From NCBI GenBank assembly GCA_951406725.2, contig OX597826.1, positions 71,796,001 through 71,860,000 of the forward strand: a stretch of DNA of 64,000 nt, read 5' to 3'. Under the pieces are notes generated by a model. It was not told the origin of the DNA, searched no databases, and worked only from the letters and a program-made list of their open reading frames with translations. The translations under genes were made by a program, and so were the position numbers. The stretch is from Octopus vulgaris (taxonomy: Eukaryota). This document shows, in pieces, positions 41,196 to 54,131 of the stretch. Numbering within the stretch: the stretch's first letter is position 1; the number at the start of each line of letters is the position of its first letter.

Positions 41196-41396
41196 TATAT
41201 ATTATTAAAAAAAAAAACTGGCTGTCTGTTGATTAAGATGATGAGGGGTTTCAGTTGATCCAATCAATGGATCAGCCTGCTTATGAAAGTAACGTGACAT
41301 GCATACTCTTAATGTAGTTCACAGGGAGATTCAGTGTGACACAGAATGTGATGAAGCTGGCCCCTTTGAAATACAGGTACTACTGATTTATATGCA

Positions 41397-41445
<49 letters not shown>

Positions 41446-41686
41446 CTATATCACGTGATCCCGTGACCGACCAGACCATCAGACGTTGTTACACATCGCT
41501 GGTCACAATGCATTTGCATTGTTTTAGCCTTCGAATGACGCCACCCCGCTGGCTAAGCGAGCAGGCCAACAGAAGAAAGAATGAGAGAAAGTTGTGGTGA
41601 AAGAGTACAGCAGGGATCGCTACTCCCTGCCGGAGCTTCGTGGAGCTTTTAGGTGTTTTCGCTCAATAAACACTCACAACGCCCGG

Positions 41687-41852
41687 TATCTTTTTACATC
41701 ATCCAAGGAATTGAAATTTTTACCATAAAGACTATTCTGCAGAGACCTGAATAAGTGGAAATCCGAAAGAGCAACATCTGGTGAATATGGAAGGTGGGGT
41801 ACCACATCCCAGCCGAGCTGCAGCAATTTTTGTCTGGTTCCCAAAGCATCAA
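41687..41852 (-). mobile_element. Fragment of the same mariner family
   Basis: TRQKLLQLGWDVVPHLPYSPDVALSDFHLFRSLQNSL; includes the same deletion junction. Confidence 0.9.
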
Positions 41853-42529
41853 TATTTATATTGATATACATACATACATGCCTAATATAAATGATATATA
41901 AATATATGCATATATACATATATATATGTACATACCTACATATATATATGTATATATACATGCATATATGGGTACAGGACATGAAAAAAACGTTGAACAC
42001 AATGAGAAATGAAAATATGAAAACAAGGGTAGTAAAGAAATAGGTATAGTGAATGGGTGGGGGGGGGGTGATGTGGTTTGTAAGACATGGGGCATCAATT
42101 GCAGATATGAGGGAGTGTTAAAGATGATGTAAGTCAGTCCCTAAGATATAGCTCAGACAAGAGGAGAGACACCTAGTGGCATAGAAAAGAGTGATCAGTG
42201 AAAAAAAAAAGTGGGAAAGACTGATATTGAGAATGATGGATGGATTTTAAAGGAAGTGGTTCTTAAGAGCGGGGAAGGTCACTTGTAGCACAAGAGGAAG
42301 AAATATTGGCTGATTCTGTGACCATCTGATTACGGCAGCTGAATAATGCCATTATTAGAAAAATAATGTGGGGATGGATTAGGAAGATAAAAGGCAAAGA
42401 AGGTTTGATGGGGACAGATTAGGTGCAAGAGCTGAGCCCAGTGAGTGTATAAATATAAACCTTTGCTTTTAGGGCCTTCCTTTTTTCCATAACAAACTGG
42501 CTTTATTGAGCACAGCAAAATGCCAATCA

Positions 42530-44815
42530 TGTCGGTCCTTTGTCCCCTCTGTGAGGCTCAACATCTTGAGGTCAGCCTTTGCTATTTCATTTTGATGCCT
42601 TCCTCAGTCCCCACCTTCCCACAAATTCCATCCACTTTAAGCAATTAACACTTCTTTATACAGTTGTCATCATTGTTACACGTCACATGACCATACCAGT
42701 GCAGCTGTCTCTCCTGCACATTACACCTGATTCCTCTTATGCCCAGTTATTCTCTTTATACATTCGCACAGTGGCATACAAGCACACTCATGTTGCACAT
42801 TCATAGGAGCAGACTAGTTTAATTCGTTTCTAATCTTTTCATGTCCTCTGCATTCAGGGTCCATGGCTCACTAACGTGTAACATTGCTCTTTATACAGAA
42901 GCATTGTAGGACCCATCTTTCACTCAAAGAGAGACAGAAATTTTTTGTTACCAGCGTAGATAATAATAGCTCCTTGAACTTCCACCATCCTATTTCTTAT
43001 TCTAGCAACTAATACTTTCGGAACATCCTCCTCCACTACAAATTAGGTCACCTAGATAACAGAAACTATCTACTTCCTCTAGAGAACCTCTTAGACATTT
43101 GAGAGAATCTATTTCCCGAGTGCACTTAATGCTTATTGTCATGGCACATTTGCCGCATGCAGAATTTACTTTATCTATTAACCGTCCTGCAATTCTACTG
43201 TGTCTCTTGTGTGTCCATGGCTTGCACTGGGCTCATTCTATGAAATTTCTACCAACACTTTTGCTTCCAACTGAGCAGAGTCTTTTTTTCTGAAGAGAGT
43301 AAAGTCCAATCTGTTTTCTTGCTTTCTAGAACTTCCCCTTTTACTAAGTTAACTTTAAGAGTCTTTGATTCCAGGTCTTGAATCATCCACACCTGGAATT
43401 TCTCTAGTTCTACTACAGACTCCACAATAAAAATGAATATTTCCTGAGGGCAACTATACATACTTATATATATATATATATTAGGATATGGCTTAATCAT
43501 ACGTACAATCTGTATCAAGTTGTACAGGAAGATGTCATACCCAACAACTGGCATAGCAGTATTATAGTCAAATTATAGTTACAAGGGTAAAGGAAATGCC
43601 TTGGATGGTCGCAATTATAGAGATATTAAAATGCTGGATCAGGTCATAAAAGTTATGGAGTTATATAATCCAATCAGTTATGAGGAGAATTAATCCAGAT
43701 GAGATGTAGTTTAATTTTGTGTCAAGGAGAAGTACTTTTTTATGACCTTGAGGTCCATAAGGGTTAGAGGGGACAGACAACTGAGCTCTGGTAAACTTCT
43801 ACCTGCACACTAAACTTGCTGCTGTATTTGTTACTAACTCTCATTATTCTGATAGTACCCCTGTACATGGCTCTCACAAGCCATCCATTTACTCTTAGCT
43901 TCTTCAGAAACCACCGGGTTATAGAGAAAGGGATTTGACAAAAACCAAGTATCGTAAATCCTTGAGTATAATCCACATTTTTTTTCCTAAAATTTAAAGG
44001 TCAAAATCCCTAGTGTGTACTATATATGAGGTTAAAAATGAATAATATTTTCTAAGCAATGTCCGAGTCTCTATTTTTGCTGTCCGGCAATGTTTATTCA
44101 GAGGCATTTTGTGATGTTGGGCACGAAAATACCTTAAGCTAAGCCTGAAAGCAATGAAGTCATAAAAGAATCATCCATAACTTGCAGTAAGCAACATTTA
44201 TTAAACATTTATTATTACTGTTATTTCTTTATTTTCTGAAAACAAAATGCACAAAAAAGCTACATGTTTGCATTATGTTATATATACAATAATAATAAAG
44301 GATGTTACCATATAGAGTTTTACAAACCAAGGACGTTATATAGACCTCCTTGACTCAAGTTCGAGAAGGGGTGCATATTATACACAAAGTTTAGGTTTTT
44401 CAGAGGTACAGTCCCCTAAAATCCCCTGCGTATTATACTCAAGGACAGACTATACTTGAAGATTTACAGTAAAAATTGCTTGCTTTTCACTAAACACTTC
44501 TCCCCCAGTCATAGTACTTCTCCTTGACACATAATTAAACTACATCTCATCTAGATTAATTATCCTCATAACTGATTGGATTATAACTCCATAACTTTTA
44601 TGACCTGATCCAGCATTTTATCTCTATAATTGCGACCATCCAAGGCATTTCCTTTATCCTTGTAAATATAATTTGACTAGAATGCTGCTGTGCCAGTTGC
44701 TGGGTATGACATCTTCCTATACAACTTGATACAGATTGTACGTATGATTAGGCCGTATCCTACTTCCCCAATTATTTTAAGTATGTCAGTGGTAATAAAA
44801 ATCAACTAGCTGGTC
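42530..44815 (-). mobile_element. Decayed RTE LINE RT region, rearranged
   Basis: IPSNWHSSIL..YKDKGNALDGRNYR..MLDQVIKVME; WFLKKLRVNGWLVRAMY..FSVQVEVYQSSV; contains a MITE and an inverted duplicate. Confidence 0.8.
43950..44471 (+). mobile_element. pogo/Tigger-like MITE, full length
   Basis: ta-tcgtaaatccttgagtata...tatacttgaagatttacag-ta with subterminal repeats. Confidence 0.85.
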
Positions 44816-45210
44816 TGTTTCAGAGAAATTTCAGGTTGGGCTCACGAATGGTTTCCTGAAATCCCTGGCCAAGCAGTGCTACAGGGAAAGGGGGATTGCC
44901 AGTTTGAGATAAACTCTACAGAGACAGAGGTATCATCAGCTGGGCCTCTCCAAGATGCATACAGAGCAATGAAGCCATTCTGCATGCACTTTTCTAATGC
45001 TCAACCATTGCTAACTTGTGGAGTTATGTCAATCAGTTATGTCAATCATCCTGTAGGATGAATCCCTCTATTTGCTGAGTCCATTGTGAAGATTGTCCTG
45101 CCATCTACTTTTGGCAGGGTTTTATCTGTCTGGTGGCTTTGATAAAAGAGATTGCGTGATGAACAAAACTGAAAGGGCTAAAGACAAGCTTGTTCCTCTA
45201 TGGTCAAGCT

Positions 45211-45626
45211 ATTTCTTTACTACCCACAAGGGGCTACACACAGAGAGGACAAACAAGGACAGCCAAATGGATTAAGTCGATTATATCGACCCCAGTGCAT
45301 AACTGGTACTTAATTTATCGACCCCGAAAGGATGAAAGGCAAAGTCGACCTTGGTGAAATTTGAACTCAGAACGTAACAGCAGATGAAATACCTATTTCT
45401 TTATTACCCACAAGGGGCTGAACATAGAGGGGACAAACATGGACAGACATAGGTATTAAGTCGATTATATCGACCCCAGTGCTTAACTGGTACTTAATTT
45501 ATTGACCCCGAAAGGATGAAAGGCAAAGTCGACCTCGGCGGAATTTGAACTCACAACGTAACAGCAGATGAAATACTGCTAAGCATTTCGCCCGGCGTGC
45601 TAACGTTTCTGCCAGCTCGCCGCCTT
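45211..45626 (-). mobile_element. Dimeric SINE family C
   Basis: Two tandem core/tail units (45211-45392, 45393-45626); head aaggcggcgagctggcagaaacgttagcacgccgggcg. Confidence 0.93.
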
Positions 45627-45629
45627 TTG

Positions 45630-45785
45630 CCTACTGACCTGTGCTCAACCGCCATTGGCAAGGAACCCTTCTCCACTTCGGTCTTTAAAGGTCTCGTTCG
45701 AATATTTGCTACTACCCCCGAGATCTGCACCTGCGGTCAGCTTCACCTGGGCTTGCGCCCGCAGCTTCCATACAAGCCACGGCCG
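45630..45785 (-). pseudogene. 28S (LSU) rRNA fragment, retroposed
   Basis: Minus strand gcaggtgcagatctcgggggtagtagcaaatattcgaacgagacctttaaagaccgaagtggagaagggttcc matches the conserved LSU core GGTGCAGATCTTGGTGGTAGTAGCAAATATTC...CCGAAGTGGAGAAGGGTTCC. Confidence 0.92.
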
Positions 45786-46489
45786 TCTATGGTCAAGCTG
45801 TCATCGACTTTTTCAAGTTTCTCTTGGAAAGGAAGATGAAGGTGGAAAGGGAAAATTCTACTTCCAAGCAAATTTGTTGAAAAGTGGATGAGAATGTTGA
45901 GCTTGGTCCAGCTGAACACGGCTGCTCTGAGCATGTAACTATCAAATGGAGAAGGACAGCAAGGAGAAATCATTGCTTGGGTGATCAGAGAGGTAGTGGC
46001 TCTGAGAGGTTTTCACAAGTGGTCCTTGGTATTATTCTCTTCCCCTTTCAGATAAATTTTCTTTGAACATTTTTTTCCTTTAATTTTGTTATTTCCCCTT
46101 CTTTTTTTTTATATACTTTTTATGTAATGCCATACTGTATCGTCCTGCACCATCCTCGTTCCTTTTAACAATACTGGACTTGATAAAGAAAAACATTACT
46201 ATTAGTATAGCATGCCGGACAAGGTGCTTGGTGACATTTCATGTAGCTTTATATTCTGAGTTCAAAGGATGCCAACACCAACTTAACCATTCTGCCTTTC
46301 AGAGTGGATAAAGTACCAATCGAGAACTGGGGGGTAGTGTAACTGACTAGCACCTTCCCCACAACATTTCAGGCCTTGTGCCTATAAGTAGAAAGAATTA
46401 TTATTATTATTATTATTTATGTGGGGGTGGGATTTATCTTTTGTGACATATAAAAAATTCCTTTTATCTTTCTCCTCCTCCACATCATT

Positions 46490-46525
<36 letters not shown>

Positions 46526-46751
46526 GAGGAGGAGGCGGGAGAGTACCAACATCTCACTAACTCTCAATGAAAGTAAACTCAGTTAACCTTTGCCCACTCC
46601 TTAATACAATGAGTACAGCAGAGGAATGTCACCTCATTATGAAACAAAGCAAATTTACAGAAGTCTTATACAAATAGAAATATTTTCTGGCTTGTTACAT
46701 CTCTGAAGTTGTACAGACAAGTTAAAAAGTGAGTTTCAAACAAGACCTTAC

Positions 46752-46828
46752 TTCGTAGAAAATTTTTCTTAATAATATGGATTTAACCTCTAAATTTATA
46801 CAATTCAGAGCAAATTTCCATGTGTAAT
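46752..46828 (-). other. Candidate 77-nt coding exon of an unidentified gene
   Basis: tttcattgaacag|at...tacgaa|gtaagg; one open frame YTWKFALNCINLEVKSILLRKIFYE; not recognised. Confidence 0.3.
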
Positions 46829-47039
46829 CTGTTCAATGAAATGATATGCAAGTGTGACATGTAGTGAATACACACACAAATACATACACATAGCAAGTGT
46901 ATACATACATGCACATACAGTATAAACATATACATATACATATGTGTGTGTGTGTGTATGTATGTATTTAACACCCTCTCATATCCGCAGTTGATGCCCC
47001 ACCCACACCAAAATGTATATGCATATACCAGAGGATCAG

Positions 47040-47205
47040 TTAATTATGATTTTATTCAACATATTCCCCTCTCAGAGTCACACACTTGTTGCAGAGGTCC
47101 TTGAGATTTTCTAAGCCTTGTATAAAAGAACTTGGATGGTTGGGCCTCCAGCCAGGCCTATCATGATACCCTTAAAGCCAGGAGCTTTTCAGCCCCTCTT
47201 GATAT
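47040..47205 (-). mobile_element. mariner-derived fragment
   Basis: Minus strand NKCVTLRGEYVE* C-terminus and a gaggggctgaaaag TIR-like end. Confidence 0.6.
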
Positions 47206-47264
47206 CTCATACATATATACATACATACATACATACACACACACACATACATACATACATACAC

Positions 47265-47295
<31 letters not shown>

Positions 47296-47444
47296 TACAT
47301 ACATACATACATACACACACACACATACATACATACACACACATACATACATACACACACATACATACATACATACATACATACATACACACACATACAT
47401 ACACACACAGATACATACATACATACATACATACATACATACAT

Positions 47445-47475
<31 letters not shown>

Positions 47476-47500
47476 TTTTATGTGTGTGTGTTGTGTATTT

Positions 47501-47544
<44 letters not shown>

Positions 47545-47658
47545 TGCATGTGCGTGTGTATATATATATATATTCTGTACAGGAGAGAACCGGACCATGC
47601 AAGCATGGAAAATCAACTTTTGATTGGGGGATGGTATATTTTATGTGTGTGTGTGTGT

Positions 47659-47723
<65 letters not shown>

Positions 47724-47929
47724 CCAACTGCAGATTTCTTACATATGTCATGTAGAAAATAATGGCAGAGGGTGTGGTGGATGTTGTTAAGCAGTGGTAA
47801 AATGTGAATAGTTGTGACACAGGGTGTGGTAAAACGAACATTTTAATACACAAAGGAGTACTGTGTATTGTATGAAAACAGGGTGTGGTGGACATTATAA
47901 TATAGTGTTCCTATATAAGAAATATATTC

Positions 47930-48555
47930 CCTCAAAAGCTCAAAAATGCTCCCCAAGAAGTATTTGATAGCTTTTGTTACCTAGGTGACCTAATTGCAGT
48001 GAATGTCTCACTGCCCCTCCACTCTCGTCTAAAGCTTAGATGCTAGACTTAAAATATGTTGGGAAAAACCGTGTTCAGTTACGTATTACCTCTGCTGGTA
48101 ACAAAGGCGTATGTCCTCCAAGTGAAGGACAGATTGTATGTCACTTAAGTATGAGGTGTGATGTTACATAGTAGCAACACATAAGCCTTGAAATGCAGAT
48201 GGTTTCTGAAGAGTGGGAGAAAGCGAGGTGAATATGCTCCACCGGATGTGTAATGTTAGAATTGCGTAATGGAAAGCAGAAATGAGCCGTGAGAAAAACT
48301 GAACATAAAAAGAAACGGGATGTGGTGTGCAAGACATAAAGGTCGTATAAATTATGTATAAATCATATATCAGTACAGGTATGTCACTGATATAGCTGTG
48401 TGAGCCTTATAATGAAGTGCCTAGTGCACAGGTGAAGACTAGTGTCAAAGGGCTGAACCTCACAAAAGGTGCTGATCAGTCAGTGTGGAATTCTGTACAG
48501 GAGAGAATCGGACCATGCAAGCATGGAAAATCAACTTTTGATTGGGGGTTGGTAT
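47930..48555 (+). mobile_element. Decayed RTE LINE 3' region
   Basis: EVFDSFCYLGDLI and LPLLVTKG-like motifs; ends in a ccatgcaagcatggaaaa tail. Confidence 0.6.
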
Positions 48556-48659
48556 GTACAATATCTTAATTTGGGTCTCCCCTCCTCATTATGCTCTTTA
48601 TTACACACACACACACTTTTTCTCTCTCTTTCCTATTAATCCCTCCTCCCTCTCATTGA

Positions 48660-48850
48660 CAGCCAATATTTTCTTTCTTTCTCTCTCTCCCATTCTCTCT
48701 CTCTCTCTCCCCCATTATCTCTCTCTCTCCCCCATTCTCTCTCTCTCCCCCATTCTCTCTCTCTCTCTCTCCCCATTCTCTCTCTCTTTCTCTTCCCCAT
48801 TCTCTCTCTCCCCACCTCTCTCTCTCTCTTACTATCATCCATCACTCTGT
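48660..48850. repeat. Polypyrimidine minisatellite (ctctctctcccccatt)n
   Basis: About 7 imperfect units; similar tract at 10840-10929. Confidence 0.9.
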
Positions 48851-50545
48851 CTCTCTCCTCCCCTTCATCTGAACTCTCTTTCCTTACTCTATCTCTTTCA
48901 TCACACCCTGTTTATCTCCTGTCACTCTCATTATGATGCCATGCACTGTACTAAAACAGGATATGTTCATGAATATCATCTTTGATCTCGTCCTCATTGT
49001 ATGAGATATTTTGAGCCCACATGAGTAACCTAGTGTACATACTACCAAGGAGACATTGAAACTTTTCCTCCATAGCCCAGGTTTTGGCTCCACATGTCCT
49101 GGAGACGGCCAGCATTAGGATAAAGATAAAAATCCTTCCTGAGTAATATAGACTCATAGGGTCCAGTTTTCTGGTTTCTGCGGCATTTATCTATTTTCCC
49201 CTGGATGGGATGCCACTCCCTCACAGGGTTACTCGCTTTCGTCAACTTAGTGAACTGGAGCAACGTGAAATGACGTTTTCTGCTCAAGAACACAACCCAC
49301 CACCTGGTCCAAGAATCAAAACCATAATCTTATGATCATGAACGCAATGTCCTTAAAGGCTTAGCTACAGCACCTCCACTGAAGGCCAGTGTCTTTGACT
49401 CCCAAATACTTGATTACTGTATAACTGAACTCTTCAACTGTGGGTCATCATTGGAACAAATTATCAAGTGGCTTTTGTCCTCATTGATGGTCATGTATTC
49501 ACCCATCTCTACTACTATTTTTCAGTGCTGTTGGCAGACTTTGTTGCTTACTTCTATCATGCTGGGCATCTGTATTACATATCATCATCATCATCATCAT
49601 CATTTAATGTCAATTTTCCATGCTATGATGGAGCTGCCATGTCGAAGGGCTGCACTAGGCCCCAGTCGTCTGTCTTGGTGTCAGTTCTACAGTTTGATGC
49701 CCTTCCTAACGCCAACCACTTCACAGACTGTACTGGGTGCTGTATTTGTGGCACCAGCATGAGGGCCACATGACACAGTAACAAAGGACGAAGACCACTC
49801 AACTACATTGATGCCTTTGGCAGAAACACACATGGGATTAAGTATCCACCAAAGCTAACCACAGAGATTCCTTGTGCAGCACTTGAAGAAAAATTACATA
49901 AGGCCGTGTTAAGACATTCACTTCCTAATCATGGGGTTTCAGGTTCAATCCCATTTGAGCAAGTGTCTTTGATTCTAGGCCCATGATGACAAAACTCTTG
50001 TGAGTGGCTTTTGGAGATAAAAGCTGGAAGTCCATCATGTATGTATGTATGTATGTATGTATGTATTTTTTTTTATTTGTGTCAGTCATTTGACTGTGGC
50101 CATGCTGGAGTACTGCCTTTAATCAATCAAATCGACCTCAGGACTTATTCTTGTAAGCCTAATACTTATTCTATGGGTCTCTTTTACCAAACTGTTAAGT
50201 TATGGGGACATAAACATACCAACATCGGTTGTCAAGTGATGACACACAAACATATACGTTCATACATACATACATACATACATACATACAAACATACATG
50301 TATATGTACAACAGGTTTCTTTTAGTTTCTGTCTATCAAATCCACTCACAAGGCTTTATTCAGCCTGAGGCTATAGTAGAAGACACTTGCCCAAGATGCC
50401 ACATAGTGGGATTGAAACTGGGACCATGTGGTTGGTAAGCAAGCTACTTACCACATAGCCACTCCTGCACCTATATGTCTGTCTGTCTGTATGTATGTAT
50501 GCCTGCATGCATGTGTGTGTGTAAGTGTATATGTATATGTGGGTA

Positions 50546-50589
<44 letters not shown>

Positions 50590-51048
50590 CACATATGTAT
50601 GTATGTGTGTGTTGGTGTTTCTATGTATTGACATTGTATGGTAGTTGTTAAATGAGTGTCACTGTCTTACAAATGGTGTCATCCATTTCCAATCTGTCTT
50701 CTATGAAAACACGTCTAACAATGGGGGAATATTACCTTACTTGGAAACATGTAAGGGTTGGTGACAGGAAGGGCATCCAGCTGTAGAAAAGCAGACTTGA
50801 TTAATTCTCTCTGAGCCATTCAAGCCTTGGAAAAGTGGACATATATATATATATATATGTCCCTCTTTACCTCAACATCCAACCTCCTCATTCTATATCG
50901 AGTGAAAAATGGTATGGACGTTTTGTTTTGGTGTCTTGCTCTACTGTATACGACTATGAGGATTTGCATTCCCAACAAAACCCGTATTTTTCCCAAACTT
51001 CTCAAACCTGCTATAATGTAATACATGTCTTTGGTGTGGTAATTGTGC

Positions 51049-51135
51049 GTGGCTGAAGAAGGCTATTGACATACATGTTACATCAATTATGCATTGATAT
51101 AAACTGTCCAATAAAGCCAGAAACATATGTACCGC
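51049..51135 (+). ncRNA. Type-I hammerhead motif in a TA-embedded element (~50860-51245)
   Basis: gtgg-CTGAAGA-a[ggctattgaca...tgtccaataaagcc]a-GAAA-catatg-TA-ccgc; stem I GUGG/CCGC, palindromic stem III, GUA site. Confidence 0.75.
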
Positions 51136-51253
51136 TAAATCCTTTGCATCCTGTTTTTGTTTTGATAAATATACCCTATCACCTACACCACTAACTGGCA
51201 TATCCAGGTGCTTACAGTTATCAAGTATTCACCCTGAATTTGTTATATATATA

Positions 51254-53000
51254 CAGGGTGTCCCAAAAGATGTGTACACACTTTAACTGCTGATAACTCA
51301 CTTAATTTTCATTTTGTTTTATTTCACCCGTTGTAGCTAATGAAGGGATCCAGACTAAGTTTTGGTGCAAAAGAAATTTAATCAAAAGTGCTCCTGAAAA
51401 TTTGAAAATGCAGTCAAACTGCAAAGACAGTTTAGGAGGGAGTTTCAAAAACATTCACCTATGCAACTTGGAATCACACAAATTAGAGCTAAGTTTGAAG
51501 TGGATGGAACTGTTCAGAAATGTTCACAAGAAATATTCCCTGAGACCGTTGATGTTGATGAACCTCACAATACAAGAAAGGATACTAGAAAAATATTGCA
51601 AGAATTTTAAGAAAATCTATGCAGCAAGCAGGCCGTGAGACAGGTATCTCAAAATCAAATGTCCATTGCATTTTGAAGTGTTGTCATTGGAGAAGTTACA
51701 TACCAAGAATAGTTCAGGCTTTCAATGAAGATGATCTGAACTGAAGAGTGGAGTTTGGTGAATAGTACTTGGCAAGATGTATAGAATATGCACATTTCCC
51801 AATAAAGATTGAAGGGATAAGTCTACATTTAAATTAAATGACTCGAGACCCCTGAGATATGCTGTGACTGTGAAGACCTGACAAATGAAGTGAGTTCATG
51901 GCTCGCAGGATGGCCTGCTGTGCTAACCTTGGATCATAGAGTGACCCCGCTGTTCTTGAGGAGACCTATTGAGTCAAGTACGTCAACATCAAAATAAAAA
52001 TCAAATTGAAATTGTAGTTAAGACACCCGTGCCGGTGACATGTAAAAAGCACAGTCCGAACGTGGCAGATGCCAGCGCCGCCTGACTGGCATCCATGTTG
52101 GTGACACGTAAAAGCACCAACCGATTGTGGCCGTTTGCCAGTATCCTTTGGTCCCTGTGCCGGTGGCACGTAAAAAACACCCACTACACTCACGGAGTGG
52201 TTGGCGTTAGGAAGAGCATCCAGCTGTAGAAACACTGCCAAATCAGACTAGAGCCTGGTGCAGCCTCCATGGCTTACCAGACCTCCGGTTGAACCGTCCA
52301 ACCCATGCTAGCATGGAAAACGGACGTTAAATGATAATGATGAACCATCACAATTGTACATATGAGGAACCTGAGGAACAGCATGTTAATTCCAGAAGAA
52401 CATCATGTTAATTTCTCAAGAGTTACTATAAAGTGTGGCTTACCATCAAAAGGATTAATTGGGCTTTTTCCTTTTTTATGGTACTGTGAATGGTTCTTCA
52501 AATGTGGAGCCGCCAGTTTTTTTCTCAGAATTTGTTTGGGAATTTTTAATTATTTTATGCACACTATGAGACTGGATGAGTGTGGGATGACGTCAGCAGC
52601 TGGGTGCATTGACCGGAAATTGGGGCAACCAGAAGGGGTAGCCGTGAGGCGTGCGCAGGGAGCGGGGATTTCATCCTTTCCAACGAGGGTCGTCGAGGTG
52701 TTAAGACGTGTGAAGACGTTGCTAAGGTTGGGTGAAGCAGCTGCTATCTTTAGCATTCGGGTCAGGGCTGTGACGAAGGATCCGTTACCACTGAAGGGTC
52801 TCTATCAGAGCGAAGAAAAGGTAGGTGCCTTTATATATCGACTATCTCGCACACACTACAATGAGAACATTGATTAGAAGGCTTTCAGTCTTCTCCATCA
52901 ATGCGAGAAATGTAAGATCCAACTCATAAAGCAAGTCAAGCTTTAATTAGATGTACCAATATCTTCTAATCATGAAAGGTGATGCAGCTGTTTATGTCAG
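51254..53000 (+). mobile_element. Decayed Tc1/mariner element (rosa/DD41D-like) interrupted by a retroposon tail and a probable LTR
   Basis: ta-cagggtgtccca TIR; FENAVKLQRQFRREF..IRAKFEVDGTV; after the insert, HHNC..EEHHVN..KCGLPSKGLIG..FYGTVNG. Confidence 0.75.
52503..52860 (-). mobile_element. Probable solo LTR
   Basis: TGTGG...CTACA ends, minus-strand TATATAAA (~52830) and ATTAAA (~52545), CpG-rich, interrupts transposase sequence; no clean TSD. Confidence 0.55.
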
Positions 53001-53792
53001 ACCCAAAATAGATGGAGGAGAATACTATTTTTAGCTGCTAGTTATCTGTGAGCAGCTATGGTGTATAGTTTATTGGTCAGTATTACATCAGCACCTGGTT
53101 GGTGAAGTAACTATCTATACTGCTTCCTCTCAACTGGCAGGTATAATAACCCACATACTGTATGTATATACTAAATATATACATTATATCCTTACTGTAT
53201 CTAATCAGATATTAGCTAAAAGACAAAAATCTGTCTGTCTCTTTGTCTCTGAACACAAGACTGTAAATGTTCTTCTCTTTAATGATTTCTATTGATCGGT
53301 AACTTAAAATAAAAAGGGAATTACAGAAAGATTAGTTTTTTCAATTTTGAGGAAAAATGTTCATCTCAATAAAAAAAATGCACAAAAGGACAATTTTACT
53401 AAGATTTTTTTACCCCTAAGATATATTTTAAACCAAAATTAAATTTTAAACACCAAAATAGTAGATTCTAAATTTAGTACATTACAACTTATGTTGATAT
53501 ATTTATGTTATATTTGTATTACACTGGTGACTTGAACAGAGTTCCTTAATTTATCAGTTGGCATTTCTCAACAACCGTTTAATACCAGGTAGGCTGGTAT
53601 CAACAAACAAGTGTATATGTCACTATTCTTCAGACAAATCAGCACTTTAGACCTGTTGCATTGTGTCGTTGGCAGACTGTGTCATTGGATGTCATAAGTC
53701 TATTATAGTGTTTCATCAATGCTGCTATAGTAGACAATGACGACAACAACGACAACTTTATACAAATACATTTTGTCCATCATTCTTCTTCA

Positions 53793-53835
<43 letters not shown>

Positions 53836-53854
53836 ATCAAAATAAGTTCAGTAA

Positions 53855-54012
53855 AATTTAGATTCCGATGAATATGGTACTTAAGTTAAAGGAACCAGAA
53901 TATAGTTTGGTATTATCCATACCATAATCACCCCATTTTGAATTATATGGATAACACCATACTATATTCTGGTGCCTTTAACTTAAGTACCATATTCATC
54001 TGAATCTAAATT
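53855..54012. repeat. 66-bp-arm hairpin element in (TA)n
   Basis: aatttagattccgatgaatatggtacttaagttaaagg...atccat mirrored at 53947-54012. Confidence 0.92.
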
Positions 54013-54131
54013 ATATATATATATATATATATAGTTAATCCAAACAAGAAAGCACAAAAAAACACAACAACGCGAGGACGTAGAACAAGTATAGTATTAT
54101 TGGACGTTCAGGAAAGAAGGAAAGAAGGAGG

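Noticed and set aside
45630-45785. Functional rDNA unit
   Set aside because: Only ~155 nt, with substitutions in the conserved core, and enclosed in a TSD
52362-52877. 171-aa ORF as a host gene
   Set aside because: It joins a transposase remnant to an LTR-like insert; no recognisable domain
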